From positions 57-64,056 of the forward strand of contig JADFZK010000002.1 of NCBI GenBank assembly GCA_015232565.1: a stretch of DNA of 64,000 bases, in the 5' to 3' direction. This stretch comes from Candidatus Omnitrophota bacterium. GTDB lineage: Bacteria > Omnitrophota > Gorgyraeia > Zapsychrales > Fredricksoniimonadaceae. The notes under the pieces were generated by a model. It saw nothing but the letters and a program-made list of their open reading frames with translations, was not told where the DNA came from and did not search any database. Numbering within the stretch: the first letter of the stretch is position 1; the number at the start of each line of letters is the position of its first letter. Positions 28,541 to 37,836 of the stretch are shown piece after piece. Both the position numbers and the translations under genes were made by a program.

Positions 28541-29665
28541 ATGACCATTGTTGAGACCAAATACGCCCAATTAGCCGATGCTGCCAAGCCCCTTAACCTG
28601 CGCGGCGGCGCGCGCCTGGGTCCGGTTACGGTGGCTTATGAAACTTACGGCGAGTTAAACGAGCGCAAGACCAACGCTATTCTTATAGAACATGCCTTTA
28701 CCGGCGATGCGCATGCCGCTTTTTATCATAAGGGTGACGTTAAACCCGGCTGGTGGGACGACATGATCGGCCCGGGCAAGCCTTTTGATACCAATAAATA
28801 TTTTGTGATCTGTTCCAATGTCCTGGGCAGTTGCCAGGGCACTACCGGCCCGGCTTCAATCGACCCCAAAACTGGCAAGCCTTACGGGCTTTCGTTCCCG
28901 GTCATTACCATTCAGGATATGGTAATGGTGCAAAAACTTCTTATTGATCATTTGGGCATTGGCAAATTATTAAGTGTTGCCGGTGGTTCCATGGGCGGAA
29001 TGCAGGCCGCCGCGTGGGCGGTTATGTATCCGCAGTCTATTCATTCGGCCATCATTATTGCTGCTTGTCATCGGCACACTGCCCAGCAGATCGCGTTTCA
29101 TGAGGTTGGCCGTCAGGCCGTTATGGCCGACCCCGACTGGTTGCAGGGTGATTATTACGACCAGGCGATCCCTAAGCGCGGGCTGGCAGTGGCGCGCATG
29201 GTAGGCCATATTACGTATATGAGCGAATCTTCCATGGAACAGAAATTCGGCCGTAAGCTCGTTAAAAAAGACGCGCTGGGTTACAATTTCTCCAAGGAAT
29301 TCGCGGTGGAAGGTTACCTGGAGTATCGCGGGCAAAGCTTCGTGGAACGGTTCGATGCGAACAGCTATCTTTATCTTACCAAAGCCATGGATTATTTCGA
29401 TCTTACCGAGGGCGACCGGAAATTAAGCCAGGTCTTTAGCGGCGTTACCGCCGATATGCTGGTGATCAGTTTTACCTCCGACTGGCTGTATCCTTCGTAT
29501 CAATCCCAGGCCATGGTAAGGGCGTTAAAAGCCAATGAGATCGAAGTCTCGTACGTTGAGCTGGCCTCCAATTATGGCCATGATGCTTTCCTGGTCGAGA
29601 TCGCCGAGCAGGCCAGGGCGGTTACCAATTATCTGGCCAAGGTTTATAAAGAACGGGTTATATGA
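28541..29665 (+). CDS. metX: Homoserine O-acetyltransferase
   Basis: 'GGSMGGMQA' nucleophile-elbow motif and overall alpha/beta-hydrolase MetX layout. Confidence 0.85.
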   Translation: MTIVETKYAQLADAAKPLNLRGGARLGPVTVAYETYGELNERKTNAILIEHAFTGDAHAAFYHKGDVKPGWWDDMIGPGKPFDTNKYFVICSNVLGSCQGTTGPASIDPKTGKPYGLSFPVITIQDMVMVQKLLIDHLGIGKLLSVAGGSMGGMQAAAWAVMYPQSIHSAIIIAACHRHTAQQIAFHEVGRQAVMADPDWLQGDYYDQAIPKRGLAVARMVGHITYMSESSMEQKFGRKLVKKDALGYNFSKEFAVEGYLEYRGQSFVERFDANSYLYLTKAMDYFDLTEGDRKLSQVFSGVTADMLVISFTSDWLYPSYQSQAMVRALKANEIEVSYVELASNYGHDAFLVEIAEQARAVTNYLAKVYKERVI

Positions 29666-30261
29666 TCCCAATAGATTATGCCATTATCGCCGATATTATT
29701 GCTCCCGGCTCCAAAGTGCTCGACCTGGGCTGTGGCGAAGGTGACCTGCTGGCCCTGCTTAAGGATAAAAATGGTTGCCGGGGGACCGGGATCGAGATCG
29801 ACAGTAAAGCGGTCGTGCGTTGCCTGGAGCGCGGCGTTTCCGTGTCCCAGGGGAATATTAATGGCGACCTGGGTGTATACGACGATAACCGGTTTGATTA
29901 TGTGATCTTGAATGAAAGTCTCCAGCAGGTTTTGAATATTGAAGAAGCTTTGGATGAAGCGTTAAGGGTAGGCAAAAGGGTTATTGTGGGAGTGCCGAAT
30001 TTTTGTCAGTGGAAAGCGCGCCTGCAGGTTTTTTTCCTCGGCGAGATGCCGGTCACCGAACGCTTGCCTTATAAATGGTATAACACTCCAAACCTGCGCT
30101 TTCTCAGTTTACAGGATTTCCGGATCTTTTGTGCTCTTAAAAAGATCCGGATCGAGCGTACGCGTTACCTGGCCAATGGCCAGGAAGTTTACTTTTGCAC
30201 CAATCTGCTGGCCGATTCGGGGATCTTTGTGTTACGCCGTCCCGATACTATTAAAACTTAA
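29662..30261 (+). CDS. metW: Methionine biosynthesis protein MetW
   Basis: About 200-aa methyltransferase-like protein ('VLDLGCGEG') coupled (ATGA) immediately after metX. Confidence 0.75.
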   Translation: MIPIDYAIIADIIAPGSKVLDLGCGEGDLLALLKDKNGCRGTGIEIDSKAVVRCLERGVSVSQGNINGDLGVYDDNRFDYVILNESLQQVLNIEEALDEALRVGKRVIVGVPNFCQWKARLQVFFLGEMPVTERLPYKWYNTPNLRFLSLQDFRIFCALKKIRIERTRYLANGQEVYFCTNLLADSGIFVLRRPDTIKT

Positions 30262-30273
30262 CCCAGGGGTAAT

Positions 30274-31470
30274 ATGCCATCTGATCAATTCGACTACATT
30301 ATCATTGGCGCCGGCATAATCGGGCTTTCTATCGCCAGGACGATCAAGGCCGAGCGGCCAACGTCAGCAGTATTGATCCTGGAGAAAGAAGCCGATATCG
30401 GGGCGCATTCTTCCGGGCGGAACAGCGGGGTATTGCATGGCGGGTTTTATTACACCGCCAATAGCCTGAAAGCCCGTTTTACTGTTGATGGTAACCGGTT
30501 GATGAAAGACTTCTGCCGTCAGAAAGGCATTGCTTTTAATGATTGCGGCAAACTGGTTGTGGCCATGGATGACCATGAACTGGAGCAATTATACGAACTG
30601 GAGCGTCGGGGCATTCGCAATGGTTCCAACATCCGCCTGATATCTGACGCGCAAGCCCGGGAAATGGAGCCGGCGGTATTTACGCATAAGAAAGCGCTGT
30701 ATTCACCGGAAACCGCCAGCCTGGACCCCAAAGAGGTTTTACAGGCTTTAAAAACCGACCTGTTGTCCAAGGGAGTGCAGATCTGGTTTAATGCCAAATA
30801 TATCAGCCATCAGGGGAATACGGTATGTACCACCAGGGGCAATGCCCAGGCGGGCAAGTTGATCAATTGTGCCGGCCTTTATGCCGATAAAGTCGCCCAG
30901 GACTACGGGTTTGGCCGTAAGTACACCATGATCCCTTTTAAGGGCTTGTACCTTAAATACGCCAAGAACAAGACCGATGTAAAGATGAATATTTATCCGG
31001 TGCCCAATCTTAAGAATCCTTTCCTGGGCGTGCATTATACCAAGACTGTTGACGGTACAATAAAGATCGGCCCCACCGCTATCCCTGCGTTCTGGCGCGA
31101 GAATTATACTTTGCGGGAAGGGTTCAATCTGGCAGAAATGCTAGAAGCTGGGTGGTACGAAGCCAAGCTGTTTACGACCAATGCCTTTGGTTTTCGCGAC
31201 CTGGCCTTTGAAGAGATGGCCAAATATAATAAAGAGCATTTCATCAGTTTGGCGGTCAAGATGGTGCCGGTTGACCCGAAAGGTTTTGGTGAATTTACCC
31301 GCCCTGGTATCCGGGCGCAGTTGCTGGACAAGACCACGTCGCTGTTGGTCCAGGATTTTGTCGTGGAAGCCGATAAGGCCTCGGTACATGTGCTAAATGC
31401 GGTTTCTCCCGCCTTTACCTGTGCGTTTCCCTTTGCGCAGTTTGTGTGGCGTGAGTACATTAATAAATAG
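30274..31470 (+). CDS. FAD-dependent oxidoreductase, L-2-hydroxyglutarate oxidase (LhgO)-like
   Basis: 'DYIIIGAGIIGLSIA' Rossmann FAD motif; LhgO-like length and C-terminus. Confidence 0.6.
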   Translation: MPSDQFDYIIIGAGIIGLSIARTIKAERPTSAVLILEKEADIGAHSSGRNSGVLHGGFYYTANSLKARFTVDGNRLMKDFCRQKGIAFNDCGKLVVAMDDHELEQLYELERRGIRNGSNIRLISDAQAREMEPAVFTHKKALYSPETASLDPKEVLQALKTDLLSKGVQIWFNAKYISHQGNTVCTTRGNAQAGKLINCAGLYADKVAQDYGFGRKYTMIPFKGLYLKYAKNKTDVKMNIYPVPNLKNPFLGVHYTKTVDGTIKIGPTAIPAFWRENYTLREGFNLAEMLEAGWYEAKLFTTNAFGFRDLAFEEMAKYNKEHFISLAVKMVPVDPKGFGEFTRPGIRAQLLDKTTSLLVQDFVVEADKASVHVLNAVSPAFTCAFPFAQFVWREYINK

Positions 31471-31563
31471 CTTCAGAAATGATAATTATATAAATGTCTT
31501 GTCGTCTTTCTCCGGAAGAAGTAAGATAATGGCAAGTTAACAATTTTAATAAACGGAGGTAAT

Positions 31564-31731
31564 ATGGGTTTTCAAAATGGTGGTGGTAAGTACGACGGAC
31601 GTCCCAGAGAGATGCACAAGGTAACTTGTTCTGATTGCAACAAGGAAACCGAAGTTCCTTTCAAGCCCACCGGGGATCGTCCGGTTTATTGTAAGGATTG
31701 TTTCTCCAAGCGCAAAGAGACCAGCCGTTAA
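31564..31731 (+). CDS. Small zinc-ribbon protein (55 aa, CxxC-x17-CxxC; zf-trcl-like)
   Basis: Perfect GGAGG RBS 6 nt upstream; MGFQNGGGKYDGRPREMHKVTCSDCNKETEVPFKPTGDRPVYCKDCFSKRKETSR; followed by an intrinsic terminator; below the 60-aa cutoff of the supplied ORF track. Confidence 0.6.
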   Translation: MGFQNGGGKYDGRPREMHKVTCSDCNKETEVPFKPTGDRPVYCKDCFSKRKETSR

Positions 31732-31780
31732 TTAGTTTCAATACTGATAACAAGGTTCACTCGTATGTGAATGGATTATA

Positions 31781-31817
31781 AAAAGCCTGGAAGAGGTTGT
31801 TCTTCCAGGCTTTTCTT
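31781..31817 (+). terminator. Rho-independent terminator after the small zinc-ribbon gene
   Basis: agcctggaaga / tcttccaggct 11-bp stem with loop GGTTGT, followed by TTTCTTT. Confidence 0.7.
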
Positions 31818-31865
31818 TAGGTCTGCAATACATTCAATCTTTTAAAAGCGAAAGCCCTTGATAAC

Positions 31866-32969
31866 ATGGGACAATCAAATCGAAATATCTTTGTGGCGGC
31901 TACCCGGCAGAACGATGGCAAGACCATGGTTGCTCTGGGTTTGCTCCGTTCTTTATTGAACCGTTTTGGTAATGTGGGGTACATAAAGCCGGTAGGCCAG
32001 CAATTTCACTTGATCGACGGGGAACAGATCGATAAGGATGTGGTGCTGATGCAGGCAGTATATAAATTGAGTGGCAACCTGAAAGACATGAGCCCGATCG
32101 CTGTTCCGCCGGGTTTCACCGAAACCTATATTATGCATCCTGACCGGGATGCCCTGCAGCAAAAAGTTAGCGCTTCTTTTAACAGGGTAGCCGAGGGGAA
32201 AGAGGCCGTGGTCATTGAAGGCACCGGGCATGCCGGTGTGGGGGCGGTCTTTGATATGTCGAACGCCGAGGTGGCCCGGCTTTTGGGCGCTTCGGTTATT
32301 CTGGTTAGTTGCGGCGGCATCGGCCGGCCAATTGACGAGATCATGTTGAACAAATCCATGTTTGATGCCAAAGGAGTGAAGGTGTTGGGCGCGATAATCA
32401 ACAAGGTTCGCGCTGACAAGTTCGATAAGGTTGCTCCGGTGGTCAGCCGCGGGCTGGCCAACCAGGGGATCGAGGTCCTGGGGGTGGTACCGCATAATGA
32501 AGTGCTGGCCGACCCGACTCTGCAGGAATTGCTGGAAGAAACCAATGGTGAATTATTGTGCGGGAAGGGCGCTTTGGATAATACGGTGAGCCGGATCGTG
32601 GTGGGCGCTATGCCTCCGCATGAAGTGCTGGACTATTTGGGACCTGGCACTTTACTGATCACCCCCGGAAACCGCGAGGATATTATTTTAGCCGCTATGA
32701 GCGGATCATTGCCCGGGGTTACCCAAAACTTTTGTGTTGCCGGGATATTGTTGACTTGCGGGATAATGCCGCACAAGAATGTTATGCGTCTTATCAAGGA
32801 CCTGCCGATCCCGATCATTCTGGTTAAAGAAGACACTTTTTCGGCCGCCTCAAAGGTCGACAATTTAATTGTAAAGATCCGTCCGCATGCTCAAAAGAAG
32901 ATCCATGAGATCGAGCATCTGGTGGAACAATATGTGGATATTGGCAAAATTTTAGATTTGCTTAAGTAA
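31866..32969 (+). CDS. BioD-like P-loop plus DRTGG domain protein (resembles the N-terminal regulatory module of long phosphotransacetylases)
   Basis: 'IFVAATRQNDGKT' P-loop-like start; 'RIVVGAMPP...LITPGNREDIILAA' DRTGG-like segment; no PTA catalytic domain. Confidence 0.5.
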   Translation: MGQSNRNIFVAATRQNDGKTMVALGLLRSLLNRFGNVGYIKPVGQQFHLIDGEQIDKDVVLMQAVYKLSGNLKDMSPIAVPPGFTETYIMHPDRDALQQKVSASFNRVAEGKEAVVIEGTGHAGVGAVFDMSNAEVARLLGASVILVSCGGIGRPIDEIMLNKSMFDAKGVKVLGAIINKVRADKFDKVAPVVSRGLANQGIEVLGVVPHNEVLADPTLQELLEETNGELLCGKGALDNTVSRIVVGAMPPHEVLDYLGPGTLLITPGNREDIILAAMSGSLPGVTQNFCVAGILLTCGIMPHKNVMRLIKDLPIPIILVKEDTFSAASKVDNLIVKIRPHAQKKIHEIEHLVEQYVDIGKILDLLK

Positions 32970-33040
32970 TAAGCGAACGTTGCGCTAAGATTGGGTAATT
33001 TCTCATAATTTTGGAGTTGTGTCTTTAATGTTTCTTTACA

Positions 33041-33173
33041 TTTGAAGAGCAATAGAAAATCGAAAATAGACCGCAATGGAGCCTAAATGTTTAATTATTT
33101 CTCTATTTTCGATTGCTCCATTGCTCCAGTGTGGTGATTCAAATGTAAAGAAATATATTTATCACCACACTAT
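33041..33173 (+). repeat. Structured intergenic repeat element, copy 2
   Basis: About 92% identical to 2808-2938; same complementary blocks (aatcgaaaatag / ctattttcgatt, gcaatggagc / gctccattgc) and an agtgtggtgat / atcaccacact hairpin; ends 12 nt before the icd ATG, abutting its GGGAGAAGG RBS. Confidence 0.75.
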
Positions 33174-33185
33174 AGGGAGAAGGCA

Positions 33186-34271
33186 ATGAGTACTCGGGTG
33201 ACATTATTGGCGGGCGACGGGATCGGCCCGGAAGTGGCTTTGGCTATGAAGAAATGCGTGGATGCCACCAAGGTCAAGATCGACTGGGAAGAACTGTGTG
33301 TGGGCGCTCCGGCGATCGCCCAATTCGGCACGCCTTTGCCGCAGGCGGCAATAGATTCCATTAAAAAGAACAAAGTGGCGATCAAAGGCCCGATAGAGAC
33401 CCCGGTTGGCAAAGGGTTTCGTTCGGTTAATGTGCAATTACGCCAGGAGCTCGACCTCTACGCTTGTGTTCGCCCGGCGCGATATATTGAAGGTACCCGG
33501 GCGGTAAATACCAAAGTTAACCTTACCATTATCCGTGAAAACACCGAAGACTTGTATGCGGGTGTGGAGTTCGACCTTTATTCGGATGCGGCTAAGCATC
33601 TTATTAAGGAGATAAATTCCCTTTCCAAAAAGCAGGTTCGCGAAGATTCCGCGATATCTATTAAACCTATTTCGGTATTCGGCTCGGAGCGGATCATTCG
33701 TTATGCTTTTGAGTATGCATTAAAAAGCGGCCGTCAGAAAGTTTCCCTGGTCCATAAGGCCAATATCATGAAGTTCACCGACGGTTTATTCTTGCATACC
33801 GGCCAGAAGATCGCGCAGGAATACGCGGGTCGGGTGGCTTTTGAAGATGTGATCGTTGACAATATGTGTATGCAGTTGGTGCAAAAACCCGAGTTGTACG
33901 ATGTGCTGGTCCTGCCAAATCTATATGGGGATATTGTCTCTGATCTGTGCGCCGGCCTGGTTGGCGGCCTGGGCATCGCTCCGGGTGCCAATATTGGCAC
34001 CAACGCGGCTCTTTTCGAGCCGGTTCATGGCTCGGCGCCCAAGTACGCAGGCCAGAACAAAGTTAATCCCACGGCTACTATCCTCTCGGGGATAATGATG
34101 CTGGAACATATCGGCGAGTCTTCCACGGCTGCGGCTTTGGAAAGGGCGCTGCTTGCGGTAATAAAAGAAGGAGTTGATGTCACTTACGACCTGAAAGCCG
34201 ATCGTAATGATACCACTGCGGTAGGTACTCAGGAAATGGCCGAGGCGGTTTGTCGGAAATTGCGTAATTAA
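33186..34271 (+). CDS. icd: Isocitrate dehydrogenase (short-form, isocitrate/isopropylmalate DH family)
   Basis: '[10 protein letters not shown]', '[16 protein letters not shown]', '[10 protein letters not shown]' and '[15 protein letters not shown]' motifs, the last close to E. coli Icd 'HGTAPKYAGQDKVNP'. Confidence 0.75.
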   Translation: MSTRVTLLAGDGIGPEVALAMKKCVDATKVKIDWEELCVGAPAIAQFGTPLPQAAIDSIKKNKVAIKGPIETPVGKGFRSVNVQLRQELDLYACVRPARYIEGTRAVNTKVNLTIIRENTEDLYAGVEFDLYSDAAKHLIKEINSLSKKQVREDSAISIKPISVFGSERIIRYAFEYALKSGRQKVSLVHKANIMKFTDGLFLHTGQKIAQEYAGRVAFEDVIVDNMCMQLVQKPELYDVLVLPNLYGDIVSDLCAGLVGGLGIAPGANIGTNAALFEPVHGSAPKYAGQNKVNPTATILSGIMMLEHIGESSTAAALERALLAVIKEGVDVTYDLKADRNDTTAVGTQEMAEAVCRKLRN

Positions 34272-34301
34272 ACTCTTTCTAAGAATACGAAAAGGTAATT
34301 A

Positions 34302-35633
34302 ATGGACCCGTTAGTATTATCCCGCTGGCAGTTTGCAATAACGACTTCTTATCATTTTCTGTTCGTGCCATTATCGGTTGGGCTGGGACTGCTGGTGGCT
34401 ATAATGGAAACTTTGTACATGAACCGGCGGCGGGAGATTTATCGGCGCATGGCTGTATACTGGGGGCATTTCTTTCTGATTAGTGTAGCGATGGGGGTGG
34501 TAACCGGCATTGTCCTGGAATTTCAGTTTGGCCTTAACTGGGCCCGTTTTTCCCGGTATGTCGGAGATGTCTTTGGCCCTCCGCTGGCTATCGAATCCTG
34601 GGCGGCTTTCTTTCTGGAGTCGGTTTTTATCGGGGTCTGGCTCTACGGGCGCAAGGCCCTTTCGATCAGGATGCAGGTTTTCTCGATCTGGATGGTTACT
34701 TTGGGAGCGATGCTCTCGGCGTTCTGGATAATAAGTGCCAATGCGTTCATGCAGGAACCGGCGGGATATGTTCTACGCAACAATCGTGTTGAGCTGGTGA
34801 ACTTTCTGGCGGTAGCCTTGAATCACAAGGCGCTTTATATGTGCGGGCATACGATCCTGGCATGTATTGTAACTACCTCGTTCTTTGTCCTCGGTGTTTG
34901 TGCCTGGCACTTCTTGCGTAACACAGCAGAACAGGATTTCTTCCGGCGTTCGATGAAGTTGGCAATCTTAACCGGGCTGGTGTCTTTGCTCGGGGTTATT
35001 GTGCTTGGTCATTTTATGGCCCGGGATATGGCGCAACATCAGCCAATGAAACTGGCGGCGGCGGAAGCCATCTGGGAAACCAGGACTGATGGCCGGGAGT
35101 CTTTGTTCGCGGTAATCGATGAGCCAGCCCGGCGGAACAAAGTGGATATTACCGTGCCCTGGCTTTTAAATGTTATGGTCTTCGACAGTCTTCAAGGGAC
35201 TATCAAGGGAATGAAGCCGCTTCAGGAAGAGCAAGTCGTTTTGTCTGGCCCCGGCAATTATATTCCTCCGGTGACATTAACCTACTGGTCGTTCCGGTTG
35301 ATGATCTTCTCCGGCATTACTATGTTACTGCTTTTGCTGGTTCTGGCGGTGACTGTTTTTCGCAGAAAGATCGTTTTACCGCGCTGGTTCCAGTGGGCTC
35401 TTATAGCGGCGGTGATGCTTCCGCACATAGCCAATATAACCGGTTGGATCGTTACTGAAGTCGGCCGGCAACCCTGGGCTGTTTACGGGTTATTGCTTAC
35501 CAGTGCCGGGTCAACTGCCGGACTCGCCGCCGCAACGGCTTTATCTTCGCTGATCCTTTTTACCTTGATCTATACTGTGCTGGCATTTATTGCCGCTTCG
35601 TTAATTATCCGTCAAATTAAAAAAGGGCCTTAA
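34302..35633 (+). CDS. cydA: Cytochrome bd ubiquinol oxidase subunit I
   Basis: 'LSRWQFAITTSYHFLFVPLSVGL' N-terminus typical of CydA; polytopic. Confidence 0.85.
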   Translation: MDPLVLSRWQFAITTSYHFLFVPLSVGLGLLVAIMETLYMNRRREIYRRMAVYWGHFFLISVAMGVVTGIVLEFQFGLNWARFSRYVGDVFGPPLAIESWAAFFLESVFIGVWLYGRKALSIRMQVFSIWMVTLGAMLSAFWIISANAFMQEPAGYVLRNNRVELVNFLAVALNHKALYMCGHTILACIVTTSFFVLGVCAWHFLRNTAEQDFFRRSMKLAILTGLVSLLGVIVLGHFMARDMAQHQPMKLAAAEAIWETRTDGRESLFAVIDEPARRNKVDITVPWLLNVMVFDSLQGTIKGMKPLQEEQVVLSGPGNYIPPVTLTYWSFRLMIFSGITMLLLLLVLAVTVFRRKIVLPRWFQWALIAAVMLPHIANITGWIVTEVGRQPWAVYGLLLTSAGSTAGLAAATALSSLILFTLIYTVLAFIAASLIIRQIKKGP

Positions 35634-35635
35634 CG

Positions 35636-36637
35636 ATGGACCTGCCAACCTTCTGGTTTATTATTGTTGCCTGGCTGTTGGCCGGGTTCTTTTTCCTCGA
35701 AGGTTTTGACTACGGGGTGGGCATGCTGCTGCCATTTCTATCCAAAGAGGAAGCCCAGCGGCGGATGATCATAAGTTCTATCGGCGGGGTATGGGATGGC
35801 AATGAGGTTTGGATGGTCTCGGCCGGCGCGGTGCTCTTTGCTTCTTTTCCTTCCTGGTACGCTACGCTTTTTAGCAGTTTATATATCGTGTTCACCTTGA
35901 TCTTATGTGGGCTGATCCTGCGCGGCATTGGTATCAAGTTTCGCAATCTTCGTGAAGACCACCGTTGGCGTGCGGTTTGGGACTGGTTGATCTGTACGGG
36001 CAGTTTTACTGCGGCTTTCTTTTGGGGTGTGGTCGTTGGTGATCTTTTGCAAGGTTTGCCTATCACTGACCAACAGGTTTTTGCGGGAGGGATCCGGGAC
36101 ATATTTACGCCGTTTAGCCTGACCGCCGCCCTGGCGGTGGTCTCTTTGTTCCTTCTGCACGGAGCAGTTTATCTTAATATCAAGCTTTCCGGCGACGTAT
36201 TAGGCAAATTAAAAAGACTGCTTCCGATTATATTCCTGGTCGCCTTGCTTATGGCCGCTGTTTTCCTGCTACTGGGGTATTTGCGTTTGGGGATGTTGTG
36301 TTCGCCTGCCGAATTGATCCTGGCTGGCCTGGCCGTTGCGGCTTTAATTGCTTGCGGGATATCTATACTGCGGAAGGCGGATCTGACAGCCTTCTGGGCC
36401 AGTGGAACTGTTATTCTTTTGATCGTTAGCCTGGTCTTTACTTTTTTGTATCCCCGGGTTTTGATCTCTACCCTTGATCCGCGCTGGACTTTGACAGTGC
36501 AAAATGCCAGCTCCTCGCCGTATTCCCTCAAGGTAATGAGTGTGGTGGCGATTTTCTTTATACCGACCACACTCTTATATCAAGCCTGGACCTACTGGGT
36601 CCTGCGCAAGCGGGTCGAACATTCAGATCGTTATTAG
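35636..36637 (+). CDS. cydB: Cytochrome bd ubiquinol oxidase subunit II
   Basis: 'FWFIIVAWLLAGFFFLEGFDYGVGML' CydB N-terminus; immediately follows cydA. Confidence 0.85.
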   Translation: MDLPTFWFIIVAWLLAGFFFLEGFDYGVGMLLPFLSKEEAQRRMIISSIGGVWDGNEVWMVSAGAVLFASFPSWYATLFSSLYIVFTLILCGLILRGIGIKFRNLREDHRWRAVWDWLICTGSFTAAFFWGVVVGDLLQGLPITDQQVFAGGIRDIFTPFSLTAALAVVSLFLLHGAVYLNIKLSGDVLGKLKRLLPIIFLVALLMAAVFLLLGYLRLGMLCSPAELILAGLAVAALIACGISILRKADLTAFWASGTVILLIVSLVFTFLYPRVLISTLDPRWTLTVQNASSSPYSLKVMSVVAIFFIPTTLLYQAWTYWVLRKRVEHSDRY

Positions 36638-36765
36638 TTTATTGTAACTTTTTATAAACGACCCGGTCAAATATATTTGTTCCGTTATTGTCCCGTTTGC
36701 TATATATTCTTATCTTTATATATCCGCTTCTGTGATTAATTAAGACGCTTTTACGGAGATCTGCA

Positions 36766-37836
36766 ATGCCTTTGGTATTGGTTGGCGTAAATCATAAAAC
36801 TTGCCCGCTTGAAGTCAGAGAAAAGTTCTTTATTCAATCTGTCGAAAAAGACCTTCTATTGGCCGAGTTCCGCAATGACCCCCGGGTCTTGGCCGCAATA
36901 GTCCTTTCTACTTGTAATCGTACGGAAATTTATGCCGACCTGCTTACCGCGGACCCGGCGATCATTCTGGATCGTTTCCTTTCAGTCAAAGGGCTTTCGC
37001 TGTCCGCAGGACTGGCTGATTATTTTTATGTGCGTACCGAACAGCAAATGGTGGACCATCTTTTTCGGGTTGTGAATGGCCTGGATTCCATGATCCTGGG
37101 TGAGAAACAGATCCTGGGCCAGGTGAAATGCGCGGTAAGCTGGTCGCAACAGAAGCAGATGATGAACCGGACTTTTAATATCCTGGCGAATTTGGCTATT
37201 GAAACCGGCAAGAAAGTGCGCCGGGATACATTAATTGATTTTGGGGGGTCTTCGATCTCGTGGGCGGCGGTTACCGAGGCCCAGAATATTCTGGGCACCC
37301 TGGAGGGCAAGACCGTCTTGGTGCTGGGTTCCGGGAAAATGGGCTTTCTGGCAGTGCAGGAACTTAAGAATAAAGGGGTCGGCAAGATCTTCATAATGAA
37401 CCGCACTTTTGATAAAGCCGAGGAACTGGCTTCCCAATGCGGGGCAGAAGCGGTTATGTTCTGGCAGATCAAAGAAGTTCTGGAAGAATCCGATGTGTGC
37501 ATTTGTTCGACTGGCGCTCCGCATTATCTGGTGGATAAAGCTCTTATGCAACAAGTCATGGCGGCCCGGCCAAACAGAAGATTCGCCGCTATCGATATAG
37601 CAGTGCCTCGTAACATTGACCCTCACGCCTCACTGGTGCCGGGAGTCACTTTGGTATCCGTGGATGGCCTTTCGCAGACAGTTCTGGATACTAAAGCCAA
37701 ACGGCTGGCGGCAGTGGAACAGGCCGAACAGATCATCGCGATCAAGATCAATGAATTCTATAAAACCCTGGATAAAGCGGCCGCGTTCGATTCTTTGAAT
37801 ATCACTCGGCTAACCAGTGAGGCTTACAGCGAATGA
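36766..37836 (+). CDS. hemA: Glutamyl-tRNA reductase
   Basis: 'VLSTCNRTEIY' catalytic Cys motif and an NADP-binding 'VLGSGKMG' motif. Confidence 0.9.
   Translation: MPLVLVGVNHKTCPLEVREKFFIQSVEKDLLLAEFRNDPRVLAAIVLSTCNRTEIYADLLTADPAIILDRFLSVKGLSLSAGLADYFYVRTEQQMVDHLFRVVNGLDSMILGEKQILGQVKCAVSWSQQKQMMNRTFNILANLAIETGKKVRRDTLIDFGGSSISWAAVTEAQNILGTLEGKTVLVLGSGKMGFLAVQELKNKGVGKIFIMNRTFDKAEELASQCGAEAVMFWQIKEVLEESDVCICSTGAPHYLVDKALMQQVMAARPNRRFAAIDIAVPRNIDPHASLVPGVTLVSVDGLSQTVLDTKAKRLAAVEQAEQIIAIKINEFYKTLDKAAAFDSLNITRLTSEAYSE

Noticed and set aside
2808-33173. Possible CRISPR array or transposon terminal inverted repeats, suggested by the repeated element
   Set aside because: Only two copies, 30 kb apart, with no short regularly spaced repeat-spacer structure and no transposase, integrase or cas genes anywhere in the window. 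It is better described as a dispersed structured repeat.
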